Source: an uncultured Desulfurococcales archaeon
GTDB taxonomy: Archaea > Thermoproteota > Thermoprotei_A > Sulfolobales > CAZFJX01
DNA: 64,000 nucleotides
Direction of reading: 5' to 3'
Assembly: GCA_964519505.1 (NCBI GenBank)
Contig: CAZFJX010000005.1
Location: forward strand, 20,743 to 84,742
Position 1 is the stretch's first letter, and the number at the start of each line of letters is the position of its first letter. This document shows, one piece after another, positions 26,708 through 36,858 of this stretch. Both the position numbers and the translations under genes were made by a program. Below the pieces are notes generated by a model. It was not told where the DNA came from, ran no database searches, and saw nothing but the letters and a program-made list of their open reading frames with translations.

Positions 26708-26957
26708 CCTCGTGTTCATAGTTATAGGGTAGTATTTTCTAAGTACTCAACCCTTAAGGTTACTCCATAATAGGTTCGTGAATCTGTGTTTTTGTGATCA
26801 GCACGTAAGACCTGGTTATTATCTATGTTAGTTAGGATTGGTAGCGTGTGGTATTATGAGGTATGGTAGCGTGTTTAGGTTTTACTCATAACCTTGCTAA
26901 TTTAATAATCCATGCCGATATTAGCGATACCTTTAATGGCTTCGAGCGCAGAGTGCT

Positions 26958-27137
26958 GAGTGGTCTATTCTTACCCATATGGATGGTGATGACGACCTAG
27001 AGCTCGCTACCCTTAAAAACGTAGCTGAAATGAAGGCTTACGCATCTATAGGTAACGTTGATGTTGTCGTACTTTTAGATATGTCTGGTAAGGGCTACGG
27101 GCATGCATCAGAATCCCTAAATACCGTCGGTAATTAG
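26958..27137 (+). pseudogene. Remnant resembling the N-terminus of a clostripain/C11-like secreted peptidase
   Basis: My translation gives EWSILTHMDGDDDLELATLKNVAEMKAYASIGNVDVVVLLDMSGKGY...*. This resembles the W-x-i-l-v-Y-M-D-G-D-N-x-L...E-M...v-n-v-v-v-l-x-D pattern. It is surrounded by stop-riddled sequence in an otherwise ORF-free 0.8 kb. Confidence 0.3.
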
Positions 27138-27506
27138 AGTAATGTTAAGGCCTTCTACGTAGTTAAGGCCAAGGTCGATGGCTTCCCAATATCTGAAAGT
27201 ATTTCGGGGGTTCCTTTACGCCCATGGCGGTTAAAAAGATGCCTAACTCCTTAACTAGATGTGAGGTGATCTAGAAATCTCACTCTTATTCAGTAACCTA
27301 GATAGCTCCTTAGTACGGTACTTACCTGATGAAAGTAAAGACAGAATAGATACGTTCAGGGATTCTTAACTAAATCAAGTAACTCATGAAACCCCAAGCC
27401 ACTACCCAATGTACTTACCTCGTGACATCAAAACTGCTACTTAGCTGTTATGTTAAAATCTAATTAAAGACTTATAAATATTTTAAACAAGCTAAGCAGT
27501 TTATAA

Positions 27507-28049
27507 TTGTTTACATTTGTACTATGTGTTTTTAAGCTAACCTATCCTACTTACTTTGGTGGTTTGGTCGTGGTTAATTACTTACTAAGTACTTGGGTTA
27601 AAGCACCTAAGCTGAAGGACTGTAAGTTAGCTATTGTTGCTGCCTGCCTACCATACGTAAACCCAGAGTTATTTAAGGAGATAAGTAAGGATAAGGAAGT
27701 ACTCTTCGCATGCCCCGAGAAAGAGCCAGCCCTACATTACGGTAAGTTAGCTAGCGTTATCAGGAGCTCAGAGCCTAAGGAGATATACATATACACTATT
27801 GAGGGTAGCCCGCACTGCTTTACGTTACATGCATCGGCTAATGAGGCTGAGTACATTCTTGGGAAAAAGTTGGTTAAGAAGCACTATGTAGTTGTTGATG
27901 GTAAGGAACTAAGAGAAATATCACCGGACGCTATAAGGGTTGCTAGGTACCTACACATAGTTAATGAATTAATAAAGAAATACCCGGAGGCACTTGAGGA
28001 GTTAAGGAAGCATAGCTTAGAATATAGGCTTTATAAGAAACTCAAATAA
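27507..28049 (+). CDS. Hypothetical protein (Cys-containing; distantly like the C-terminal module of some small Fe-S proteins)
   Basis: 180-aa ORF. ...VAACLPYVNPELF...VLFACPEKEPALHYGKLASVI...IEGSPHCFTL. I cannot name a family. The true start may be internal (VVNYLL). Confidence 0.45.
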   Translation: MFTFVLCVFKLTYPTYFGGLVVVNYLLSTWVKAPKLKDCKLAIVAACLPYVNPELFKEISKDKEVLFACPEKEPALHYGKLASVIRSSEPKEIYIYTIEGSPHCFTLHASANEAEYILGKKLVKKHYVVVDGKELREISPDAIRVARYLHIVNELIKKYPEALEELRKHSLEYRLYKKLK

Positions 28050-28051
28050 CG

Positions 28052-29281
28052 TCACTCCTCTATTTTTTCTATCTTAGGTATAGCTGTAGTTACGGGTATG
28101 GCCATAAGTAAGATTAACGAGGCTAACATGAACACTGCTTGAGGATTCTTAACATATATTGCTGCCGCGATTAAATTACCTACAGAGTGCAGTATATTAC
28201 TTATGAGCATTTGAAGGGCATTTACCCTACCCCTAACAGCTCTTGGGGTCACATCAATAGCTACTCTAGCGAACGCTATCCATAGTATACCCCCAATAAC
28301 CCACCATAGTGAGTAGCCTATAGTTACATAATTCCAACCACCTAATGAGAATATGAATAAAGCTACTGATGATAGGGCTGCAGTACCTATTAGTGACTCC
28401 TTATGAGGTATCCTATCTATGAATGGGAATATTATTAAAGAACAAACCACGTAGGCAGCGCTTAGCGCCGTTAATAAAGCACCCCAAGACTTACTCTCAT
28501 AACCGTTAAGGAATGCATACCTAATGAAGTAAGGCTCAGTAAGTCCCACAGTTAATGCTAGCACTACCTCAAGCACGAGTATTAACTTAACATGCCTCGT
28601 TAACTTAGGTAAAGTATTGACTATGTCAGTATAACCACGCCTAAACCCTTCACTTAAAGCCTTAAAGAAACTAGTCTCCTTAACCCTAATAGTCTCAGTA
28701 AGGAAGAACTGCCTTAAGATAGCCGCTAATAGACTTATGAAGAATGAGGCTAGGAATAGTAGCCTATAGCCTAGTGGATTATAGTCTCCGTAGGTAGCTA
28801 TCACGTAACCAGCTATTAGTGGGAAGGGTATGGCAACAACCTCAGGTAGGATCTCGCTCAATATGTTAGCCCTACCCCTATACCCAGGCTTAATGCTGTC
28901 AGCAAATAGAGCCCTTAATGCGGGTATATATATCCTTACTAGACCCTCTATAGCTAATGCTAATACTATAAACCACCATGCGGGTGCTATGACATAGAGT
29001 AGGGTTGCTAGGACTATAAGCCATGTAAACCTAACGACTATCTTCTTACGCCCGTAGATATCGGCTATGTAACCTCCAGGAATCACTATGAGTGCGAGCA
29101 TGAAGCTCTCAACAGCCCTAACAAGACCTATACTAGCTTCATCACCTCCTAACGCGATAATGTAGTTAGATAAGTAGGGGAATGTTAGTGAGTAACTAAC
29201 CCTAAATATGACCCACGTAATCACTATGATCCAGAAGTTCCTCGTAAACCCAGATAGAAATTCCCTTATATTTAACCGCAT
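28052..29281 (-). CDS. MFS transporter
   Basis: 409 aa with ~12 TMs. MFS loop motif GGYIADIYGRKKIV. Confidence 0.85.
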   Translation of the reverse strand: MRLNIREFLSGFTRNFWIIVITWVIFRVSYSLTFPYLSNYIIALGGDEASIGLVRAVESFMLALIVIPGGYIADIYGRKKIVVRFTWLIVLATLLYVIAPAWWFIVLALAIEGLVRIYIPALRALFADSIKPGYRGRANILSEILPEVVAIPFPLIAGYVIATYGDYNPLGYRLLFLASFFISLLAAILRQFFLTETIRVKETSFFKALSEGFRRGYTDIVNTLPKLTRHVKLILVLEVVLALTVGLTEPYFIRYAFLNGYESKSWGALLTALSAAYVVCSLIIFPFIDRIPHKESLIGTAALSSVALFIFSLGGWNYVTIGYSLWWVIGGILWIAFARVAIDVTPRAVRGRVNALQMLISNILHSVGNLIAAAIYVKNPQAVFMLASLILLMAIPVTTAIPKIEKIEE

Positions 29282-29405
29282 CTCTCACTCCATCAGCCTC
29301 TTTCTTATTAAGCTAGGTATACCAGAATAAGCCATCCTTATAAGCGTGATGCCCATCACTACCTTAATACTTCTTCACCAATAACTTACTTAGTGGTGTA
29401 GGCGC

Positions 29406-30515
29406 ATGGTTAAGGTAGCCTTCATAGGTTTAGGTAGGGTTGGTAGTTTAGCGCTTAAGCTATTCGCTAAACACTTCGGTATTAATAAGGTTGATGAGGT
29501 TTTAGCAATAGATGTGAACCCAGAGAGGAAGGGCTTAGCTGATGATGTGGGTGCTAAATTCGTTTTAGCTATGGCTATGGAGGACTTAGTAAGCGTCTCT
29601 AAGGACTCACACATAGCTGTAGTGGCCCTACCCTCAAGTATAGCTTTCAATGTGGTTAAGGAGCTTCTTAAGTCAGGTATTAACGTAGTTGATGTCTCAT
29701 ACATTAAGGAGGACCCCTACAGTCTGCAGGACATAACGAAATCTAATAATGTGTTCTACATACCTCACGCAGGCTTCGCTCCAGGGCTAAGTAATGTGGT
29801 TGCTGGTTATGCCTACGAGGTTCTTGGTGAGCTAGACTATCTAAGAATATATGTTGGTGGTATACCTATCAAGCCAGTACCACCTATAGGCTATGAAATC
29901 ACATGGAGTGCTGAAGACCTTCTTGAGGAATACACCAGACCAGTTAAGATAGTACTTAATGGTGAGGTAGTTGAGAAAGACCCTCTTTCTAAGATTATTG
30001 ATGTAGAGATAGAGGGCGTAGGTAAATTTGAGGGTTTCTTTAGCGATGGGTTAACAACCTTAATCAGGAACGTGAAGGCTAAGGAAATGTTTGAGGTGAC
30101 CTTAAGGTGGCCTGGCCATTTAGGGTTTATGAAGGTACTTAGAGATTTAGGCTTCATGAGTGATGAGCCATTAGTCGTGGATTATGTACCAATAAAGCCT
30201 AAGAGGTTCACTGCTAGGATTTTAGAAAAGTCGTTAAGGAGGAGGACTAAGGATTGGGCTATACTTGAGGTTAAGGTAGGCTCTAAAAAGGGTAGTTACA
30301 GGTTCTTAGCCGTACTCAAAGGCACTGATGAGTACCCAGCAACAACCCTCTTCACCGCATTAATACTTGAGAAGACCGTAGAGATAGCACTTACTAATGA
30401 GATACCTAAGGGGGTGATGCCCTTAGAGAGGTTTACGAAGTATCTAGACACATATATCGATAGGCTTAAGGAGTACGGGTGCTTAGTGAGACAACACTTA
30501 ATTCCCTCAAATTAA
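29406..30515 (+). CDS. Saccharopine dehydrogenase-like NAD(P)-binding oxidoreductase
   Basis: 369 aa. VAFIGLGRVGS Rossmann motif; ...VDVSY...PHAGFAPGLSN...GGIP...YEITWS pattern of the Sacchrp_dh N- and C-terminal domains. Confidence 0.75.
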   Translation: MVKVAFIGLGRVGSLALKLFAKHFGINKVDEVLAIDVNPERKGLADDVGAKFVLAMAMEDLVSVSKDSHIAVVALPSSIAFNVVKELLKSGINVVDVSYIKEDPYSLQDITKSNNVFYIPHAGFAPGLSNVVAGYAYEVLGELDYLRIYVGGIPIKPVPPIGYEITWSAEDLLEEYTRPVKIVLNGEVVEKDPLSKIIDVEIEGVGKFEGFFSDGLTTLIRNVKAKEMFEVTLRWPGHLGFMKVLRDLGFMSDEPLVVDYVPIKPKRFTARILEKSLRRRTKDWAILEVKVGSKKGSYRFLAVLKGTDEYPATTLFTALILEKTVEIALTNEIPKGVMPLERFTKYLDTYIDRLKEYGCLVRQHLIPSN

Positions 30516-30536
30516 AATGAGTTACTTGGTGATTAT

Positions 30537-31106
30537 ATGGAGTTTAAGCCAAGCCCAAAGCTTAAATTCATCTACTGGCTATACGCCCTACCAGCGATCG
30601 TGATTCTAGCCTTCATCACATTATTACTGGTTGTTGTAGCACCGCCAGCTGCCTTAATACCATTAATTATCTTAGCTGCTATAGTCATTATACTAGCTAT
30701 ATGGATACCTAGGTTCTATAACTCAATAACGTATTCACTTGAAACCGATCACGTATACTCTAAGTTCGGTGTTTGGTGGAAGAAGGAGAAGAGAGTACCT
30801 TATAATCTAGTATCTGAGGTTAGGCTCCATCAAGGACCCCTACAGAGGAAGCTAAGTTTAGCTAATGTCGATGTATTTACGCCAGCTACGGGTACCTTAA
30901 GACCCGAGCTCTCCTTCTTCCAGGTGGATTACGAGTTGGCTTTAAGGCTTCAGGAGGAGTTGAGGAGGCGTGTAGGTATACTAACTACGAAGGAGAGGAG
31001 GGTTATTGAGGAGGAGATCCTTGAAGAACTTAAGAACATTAGATCACTACTTGAGGAGTACTTAAAGAAGCGTAGGAGGAGAACTAAGAAGGAAGGATCT
31101 TCATAA
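30537..31106 (+). CDS. Membrane protein with bacterial-type PH domain (bPH_2 / YdbS-like)
   Basis: 189 aa. Two TMs, then YSLETDHVYSKFGVWWKKEKRVPYNLVSEVRLHQGPLQRKLSLANVDVFT. Confidence 0.65.
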   Translation: MEFKPSPKLKFIYWLYALPAIVILAFITLLLVVVAPPAALIPLIILAAIVIILAIWIPRFYNSITYSLETDHVYSKFGVWWKKEKRVPYNLVSEVRLHQGPLQRKLSLANVDVFTPATGTLRPELSFFQVDYELALRLQEELRRRVGILTTKERRVIEEEILEELKNIRSLLEEYLKKRRRRTKKEGSS

Positions 31107-32081
31107 TTCATTAAGTATTTTTCTAGCTAGTCTCTCAGCCCCATCGGGATACTTAGGTGGTTTCCTAAGCCTAGCCTCCTCGATAGCCTTCATCAATATT
31201 TTAGGCTTAGGATTAAGTACCAACATAGCATTGAGTTTCTTAGCTAGCGCTAAAGCGTCAGAAACGCCAACACTGCTACTCCTACGCCATTCAGGGTTAT
31301 ACACTATGATAGTAGGTTTCCTATAAGCTAATGCAGCATCGATAACGGTCTTACCTAAGTGAGTAATAACGACGTCAGCACCAGCAAGCCACCTACCGAA
31401 GTCTGGGTCATACCTAAACACAACCCATCCAGGAAACCTCCTCCTATAGGGTTCTGGATCAACACGTCCTGTCTGGAGTACTACGTCCTTAAGACCTAAC
31501 TCAGCGATGGCCTCAAATAGCTCCTTATGGCCGTAGGTACCTCCAGTAACGAGTACGTAACCCTCATTCCTTATCGGGTATTCAGGGTACTCAATTAAAG
31601 GCCCGAAGTACTCACCCTTAGGTAGTATCCTCTTCTGTTCAGGCCATTGAAGTACCGTTATATCTGCATACCTCTCGAGTAGTTTAGCAGTACCACTGGG
31701 CCTAGTAAACCTAACGCTACTCTCGATACTCACTAACTTCATGCCCATAATCTTCTTACCGACCATTGAGGGTGGGATGCTATGGTTACTGCCCCCACTA
31801 ACTATGACCTCATAACCCTCACACCTAGTTAGTAGCTTAAATATGGATTCGAAGTAAGCGCCTATGAATCTAGGTAGAAATACGTAGTAAGGGTCTTTAG
31901 GTCCTCTAGCCTTAATAATCTCCATAACCTTACCTAACTTAGACACCTTCCTAGCTGACCACCTATCGCCTTTAGGGACTATGAAGAGTAACTCAGCCTT
32001 ACCCTTGAGCCTCTGCCCTAAAGCAACAGCATGTCCAGTATGCCCGCCGCCACTAGCCAGCAGCACCACATGCCTAGCCAT
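31101..32081 (-). CDS. MurG/Alg14-Alg13-like glycosyltransferase (Agl24-like candidate)
   Basis: 326 aa. N-terminal LLASGGGHTGHAVAL (GGH motif, His at residue 14). Alg14-like ...VSIESSVRF. C-terminal Glyco_tran_28_C-like half ...ADVVITHLGKTVIDAALAYRKPTIIV. Confidence 0.65.
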   Translation of the reverse strand: MARHVVLLASGGGHTGHAVALGQRLKGKAELLFIVPKGDRWSARKVSKLGKVMEIIKARGPKDPYYVFLPRFIGAYFESIFKLLTRCEGYEVIVSGGSNHSIPPSMVGKKIMGMKLVSIESSVRFTRPSGTAKLLERYADITVLQWPEQKRILPKGEYFGPLIEYPEYPIRNEGYVLVTGGTYGHKELFEAIAELGLKDVVLQTGRVDPEPYRRRFPGWVVFRYDPDFGRWLAGADVVITHLGKTVIDAALAYRKPTIIVYNPEWRRSSSVGVSDALALAKKLNAMLVLNPKPKILMKAIEEARLRKPPKYPDGAERLARKILNEL

Positions 32082-32173
32082 TACGCTAACTCCCTACTTA
32101 AGCACTTACCTCAAAATAAATTATTTAAGTAACTAGTAAAAATAGTGTTAAATATAGCTTAAGGTGATTAAGA

Positions 32174-33049
32174 TTGAGCCACGAACTAAGTAAGGAATTA
32201 AGTAGGTTTTACTCCATATTTGAGTGGCCTGAAGACCCTTACAGTGAGGCTGGTAAGGAGAGGTTTAAGGTAGCTATAGAGAAAATGAGGAAGTTAGTTG
32301 AGCATGAATACCTCAAGAAATTAATCAATACTAAGGACGTTATTAAGATCCTTGAGCTATGTGGTGGTACAGGTATAGGTAGTGTAGCTCTCGCTAAGGT
32401 AATTAAGGACTTAGGTAAGTCAGTTGAATTAATGGTAACTGATTTACGTGAGGAGGCTTTAGCAACAGCACGTAGGTGGGGTAGTGAGGTATTAGGCATT
32501 AATGTAGAGACTGAAGTAATTGATGCTAGAGAAGTTCATAGGTTAGGTAGGGAGTTTGATATAGCCCTACTGTATGGTTTCTCAACACCACACTTTAACC
32601 CTTGGGACATGGTTAAGTTACTCACATCGACATCTAAAGTATTGAGTAATCAAGGCGTGTTCCTAGTGGAGGAGACTGATAGGAGATATACGGTATTTTT
32701 ACGTACGGGATATAAGTGGGTCTTAGTTGAGCCTAGAGCTAAAGGTGAAAGTTATGTAATAAGCTATCACGCTGATTACGACGTACTTACTGGTGAGGTA
32801 CATAGACTATTCACAACAACTAAGAAACCCAATGAATTCATTACTATGTCCGTATATTTCTGGGGAGTAGCTGAGCTAGCTACACTTATGTGGTTATTCT
32901 TCAAGGACGTCGACACATTACCTATATTACGAACATCCTTCATAGTATTAGGGTACATTCCAAGAAGAATACTTAAGCCTGAAGACCTTAAAGAGTTACC
33001 TAAGATATTCAAGACCTTAAAAACACAAGGTAAGGTGCTAATCCCCTAA
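32174..33049 (+). CDS. Class I SAM-dependent methyltransferase
   Basis: 291 aa, TTG start. Motif I ILELCGGTGIGSVALAKV; acidic VTDLREEAL. Confidence 0.75.
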   Translation: MSHELSKELSRFYSIFEWPEDPYSEAGKERFKVAIEKMRKLVEHEYLKKLINTKDVIKILELCGGTGIGSVALAKVIKDLGKSVELMVTDLREEALATARRWGSEVLGINVETEVIDAREVHRLGREFDIALLYGFSTPHFNPWDMVKLLTSTSKVLSNQGVFLVEETDRRYTVFLRTGYKWVLVEPRAKGESYVISYHADYDVLTGEVHRLFTTTKKPNEFITMSVYFWGVAELATLMWLFFKDVDTLPILRTSFIVLGYIPRRILKPEDLKELPKIFKTLKTQGKVLIP

Positions 33050-33379
33050 AAGCACTTCAATCCAATATTTTGACGCATCCATTAAGACAGCACTACTTCT
33101 AATTCTCTCCTTAAACTCACTTGGGGTTAAGGGGATTACCTCAATGAAAGGTCTTATACGCATCCTCCACTGAATTTCATTAAGTACATCAAGTCTCTTA
33201 AGAAACGGTATATCACCGAAATCTGGCGATACTATAACTAGGTCTATATCGCTACCCTTTAACCACGTACCTTTAACGTAACTACCAAACACATAGGCTT
33301 TCTCAATCTTAAACCTCTTCGATACCTCCTTAAGAAACTTCTTAACGACCTCCATGACCTCCTCTAATGAATTCTTCAA
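33038..33379 (-). CDS. Minimal nucleotidyltransferase (MNT), pair 3
   Basis: 113 aa. GSYVKGTWLKGSDIDLVIVS. Confidence 0.85.
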   Translation of the reverse strand: MKNSLEEVMEVVKKFLKEVSKRFKIEKAYVFGSYVKGTWLKGSDIDLVIVSPDFGDIPFLKRLDVLNEIQWRMRIRPFIEVIPLTPSEFKERIRSSAVLMDASKYWIEVLLGD

Positions 33380-33761
33380 TATTCTTCACCACCTTCAAAG
33401 CTATTTCATAAGCTCTTTCAGCCTCAAACCTATCTACGGACTCACTCGGTAATCCATTTGCTGCGTCTGGGTACCTTGTTACTGTATAATACTTATTCAG
33501 TACATAGAGAGCATCCTCAAGATCTTTAGGTAGTTTAAATCCTTTCTCCTTAAGCATCATATAAAGCTCAGTAACGGTATGTATATGCGGGGGTTCTTCC
33601 CTTCTAACGATAAAGAAAAGAGCTTTAAGCGCTTTTTCAACAGCCTGTTGAGCAAAGAACGCAGCCCTAAACCATCTACGCCTATTTAACGCATCATAAG
33701 CATCCTCTAAATCCTCATTAGCCGCTCTTATCCATAATAAAACCTCCCTACGTATACTCAC
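33342..33761 (-). CDS. HEPN domain protein, pair 3
   Basis: 139 aa. WFRAAFFAQQAVEKALKALFF...HIHTVTELY...TVTRYPD. Overlaps the MNT gene by 38 nt. Confidence 0.85.
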   Translation of the reverse strand: MSIRREVLLWIRAANEDLEDAYDALNRRRWFRAAFFAQQAVEKALKALFFIVRREEPPHIHTVTELYMMLKEKGFKLPKDLEDALYVLNKYYTVTRYPDAANGLPSESVDRFEAERAYEIALKVVKNIEEFIRGGHGGR

Positions 33762-33825
33762 TTATATCAACACCTACATCCATCTTATTTAATGTAATAG
33801 CTTTAAATAATCTTACTTATGGTAT

Positions 33826-34914
33826 TTAAAATACAGCTTCTCCTGTTTTTCTATCGAATACATGTAAGTATCTCTCATCAAATTTTAGGTATATCTTCTG
33901 TCCCGGGGCTATGGGTGCTGTTGGTGGTACTATTATCTTTATTAGGTCTTCACCTACGTCGGCAGTAACTATTAAGTCCCTACCTAAGGGCTCAGTAACT
34001 ATGACTGACGCCTTAGCGTGAGCTTCCTTAGGCTCCTTAGTTAAGTATATGTGCTCAGGTCTTATGCCTAAGTATACCTCAGGAGACGTTATTTTACTCT
34101 TGACTAACTCACCTAACTCCTTACTTAGCTTATAGGTGAAGCCTCCACACTTAATCGCATAACCCTCACCTTCCTTAAACTCACATCTTATTAGGTTCAT
34201 TGGTGGTGTACCTATGAAGCTAGCTACAAATGTGTTAGCTGGCTTATGGTATATCTCTTCTGAAGTACCTATCTGCTGTATCTTACCTTTATTCATAACC
34301 ACTATTCTATCAGCCATTGAGAGAGCCTCAACTTGGTCGTGGGTTACGTAGACGGTAGTTATGCCTAACTCCTTCTGTAGTCTTTTAATCTCAGCCCTCA
34401 TGTAGACCCTAAGTAAGGCGTCAAGATTAGATAAGGGCTCATCTAGGAGTAGTACGTCCGGTTCCTTAACTAATGCCCTAGCTAAAGCAACTCTCTGTTG
34501 CTGACCACCAGATAACTGCCTAGGATACCTATCAAGTAGCTCACCTATCTTGAGTAGGTTGGCTATCTCCTTAACCTTCTTATCGATTTCATTCTTAGGT
34601 AGTTTCTTTATCTTTAATGGAAACGCTATATTATCATAGACCTTCATGTGTGGGTATAGTGCGTAGCTTTGGAATACCATACCCACGTTCCTATCCTTAG
34701 GCGGTAAGTCCGTTACGTCCTTATCATCGAAATATATCCTACCTTTAGTCGGTTTATAAATACCTGCAATCATGAGTAGAGTCGTTGTCTTACCACAACC
34801 AGAAGGTCCTAGTAAAGCTATGAACTCACCATGACTAATGTTTATGTTTACGTTATCGACGGCTCTAACCTTACCGAAGTACTTACTTAGGTTTACGAGT
34901 TTTACCCTAACCAT
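33826..34914 (-). CDS. Sugar ABC transporter ATP-binding protein (MalK/UgpC-like, CUT1)
   Basis: 362 aa. GPSGCGKTTTLLMIAG, LSGGQQQRVALARAL, LLLDEPLSNLD, plus a C-terminal regulatory/TOBE-like domain. Confidence 0.9.
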   Translation of the reverse strand: MVRVKLVNLSKYFGKVRAVDNVNINISHGEFIALLGPSGCGKTTTLLMIAGIYKPTKGRIYFDDKDVTDLPPKDRNVGMVFQSYALYPHMKVYDNIAFPLKIKKLPKNEIDKKVKEIANLLKIGELLDRYPRQLSGGQQQRVALARALVKEPDVLLLDEPLSNLDALLRVYMRAEIKRLQKELGITTVYVTHDQVEALSMADRIVVMNKGKIQQIGTSEEIYHKPANTFVASFIGTPPMNLIRCEFKEGEGYAIKCGGFTYKLSKELGELVKSKITSPEVYLGIRPEHIYLTKEPKEAHAKASVIVTEPLGRDLIVTADVGEDLIKIIVPPTAPIAPGQKIYLKFDERYLHVFDRKTGEAVF

Positions 34915-34916
34915 GA

Positions 34917-35807
34917 CTAAACACCCTTTACACCACCTACAGCAACCCTAAGTAGGTATTTCTGAGCGAAAATGAAGAAGAGTATAATCGGTATCATGTA
35001 CCATAAACCTACGGCTATGATCATTGGTCTAGTAATGCCAGCTACGGAAACCTCACCAGCGAATGCTTGGTAAGCAAGCCTCTGTAAGTACATGGTTAAT
35101 GTCCATGACTTCTCCGTAGGTAAGAAAACAACAACCAGTATATACTCAGACCAGCCATAGATGAACGCTAATATGCTTAAAGCAGCTAACCCCGGCCTCA
35201 CTAATGGCAACATTATCTTAAAGAATGTCTTTATACGTGATAACCCATCAACTAACGCAGCCATCTCTATTTCCCATGAGATAGTGTCGAAGAACCCCTT
35301 CATTACCCAGAGACCTAGGGGTAGCATCAGTGCTGTCTTAGATAGTATGACGCTCCATGGGTTACCGTAAAGCCTAAACATGTTTATGACGTAGAATAAA
35401 GCGACGAGTAAGGCTATTCCTGGGAATGCCCTTAGAACCATGGTCAATGCTAGGAATAAACCCCTACCAGCGAACTTAACCCTAGATAATGCGTAACCAC
35501 CGAATGCCGATAGGAATACTGTTAGTATGGTTGTTGCTGCAGCTATGAATAAGGTATTGAAAGTAACTAACCATATGTCTGGATACTTAACACCAGCTCC
35601 AGGCACTTGTATGGGTTCGATAAGAAACTTCCAGTTACTTAATGTAAGCCCTGTAGGTATCACACCCCTTAGGTCAGTTGCGAAAGCACCTATCACGAGC
35701 CAAGCGTAAGGAATTATTATTGGTAGGCTAAGCAGTATTAACGCTATGTATATGATCATTCTATGTTTCTTTTTTGAAGGCATTAACTCATACTCTATTT
35801 CGGTCAT
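34917..35807 (-). CDS. Sugar ABC transporter permease (MalG-like)
   Basis: 296 aa with 6 TMs. EAA loop AALVDGLSRIKTFFKIMLPLVRPGL. Confidence 0.9.
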   Translation of the reverse strand: MTEIEYELMPSKKKHRMIIYIALILLSLPIIIPYAWLVIGAFATDLRGVIPTGLTLSNWKFLIEPIQVPGAGVKYPDIWLVTFNTLFIAAATTILTVFLSAFGGYALSRVKFAGRGLFLALTMVLRAFPGIALLVALFYVINMFRLYGNPWSVILSKTALMLPLGLWVMKGFFDTISWEIEMAALVDGLSRIKTFFKIMLPLVRPGLAALSILAFIYGWSEYILVVVFLPTEKSWTLTMYLQRLAYQAFAGEVSVAGITRPMIIAVGLWYMIPIILFFIFAQKYLLRVAVGGVKGV

Positions 35808-35808
35808 G

Positions 35809-36768
35809 TTAAGTCACCTCAACCTTGGGCTCAAATATTAACTCCCTAAACCTAAAGATCTTGAAGTAAAGTATACTGAGTGCCAAGCCTAGAACCACTA
35901 GCACTAGAGATAGAGCAGCACCATAGCCAAACTCCCAACCACCGAAGGCGCTTAACGCCTTATGGTAGACATGCAGTGCCCAAACCTCAGTAGTGTAGAA
36001 GCCTGGACCACCATCAGTGAGTAGCAGTATGTATTCAAAGCTCGTTAGTAGCGATAGTGTTTGGTATGCTGTAACGAAGAGTATTGGCCACTTAAGTATG
36101 GGTAGCATAATGTCCTTAATCAACCTAAATAGGGATGCCCCATCAACCTTAGCTGCCCTAATGACGTCTATGGGTATTGATTTAATGGCTGAACCAATAA
36201 TTAACATACCGAAACTAGCCCCCACGAAACCATTAGCCAAGATAACAACAGCCCACGGAGCCGCATAAATCCAGTAAACATCCTTGTATTGTTCAAGACC
36301 TAATATATCAACTAAGAAGAAATTAATTAATCCGTAAGGATACGGGCTGGTTATACCTAACCATAGCAAGTAATAAACCACAGGAGGCGTTAACCTAGGT
36401 AAGAGCCAGAGTAACCTAAAGACATTACCGACTCTAGGAGGTATTAACGAGGTTAAGATAGCTAAGAGCAATCCATAACCTACGTTAAAGCAAAGAAGTG
36501 TTGTGAATACGTAAAATAAAGTATTAAAGAGTATCTTAGTAATTAGCGGGTCTCTAATCATACGTTGAAAGTTAACGAAACCCACAAAGTTCCACTGAAA
36601 CCTATAATCCATGTCCGTGAATGCCATAGCGAATGTGAGGAATACGGGCATGAAGTAAAAGATGATTATAAAAACAAGTACTGGCGCTATTAAGAGGATT
36701 ACAGTTACGGACTTTATGGTTAGTAGTCTCTTTAGAGGCATATCACGAATCACCAAAGCCTTACCCAT
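35809..36768 (-). CDS. Sugar ABC transporter permease (MalF-like)
   Basis: 319 aa with 6 TMs. EAA loop AAKVDGASLFRLIKDIMLPILKWPI. Confidence 0.9.
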   Translation of the reverse strand: MGKALVIRDMPLKRLLTIKSVTVILLIAPVLVFIIIFYFMPVFLTFAMAFTDMDYRFQWNFVGFVNFQRMIRDPLITKILFNTLFYVFTTLLCFNVGYGLLLAILTSLIPPRVGNVFRLLWLLPRLTPPVVYYLLWLGITSPYPYGLINFFLVDILGLEQYKDVYWIYAAPWAVVILANGFVGASFGMLIIGSAIKSIPIDVIRAAKVDGASLFRLIKDIMLPILKWPILFVTAYQTLSLLTSFEYILLLTDGGPGFYTTEVWALHVYHKALSAFGGWEFGYGAALSLVLVVLGLALSILYFKIFRFRELIFEPKVEVT

Positions 36769-36813
36769 GATTAAGAAGGGGATGGTATCTGTAATTAATT
36801 AGTTTATGGAAGT

Positions 36814-36819
36814 AAAAAA
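36814..36819 (-). terminator. Oligo-T tract between the binding-protein gene and the permease genes (possible intra-operon attenuating terminator)
   Basis: The minus strand reads cgTTTTTTac ~40 nt downstream of the SBP stop (36859). This would fit excess SBP expression relative to the permeases. Confidence 0.25.
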
Positions 36820-36858
36820 CGTTTTGTTTTTGGTTGTGGGAAATTATTTGGGTTTAAA

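Noticed and set aside
29330-29400. Box-like strings (GUGAUGC on plus; GGUGAAGA and AGUGAUGG on minus) between the MFS and saccharopine-dehydrogenase-like genes.
   Set aside because: No properly spaced D/D' boxes occur on either strand. The region overlaps the promoter and start region of 29406.
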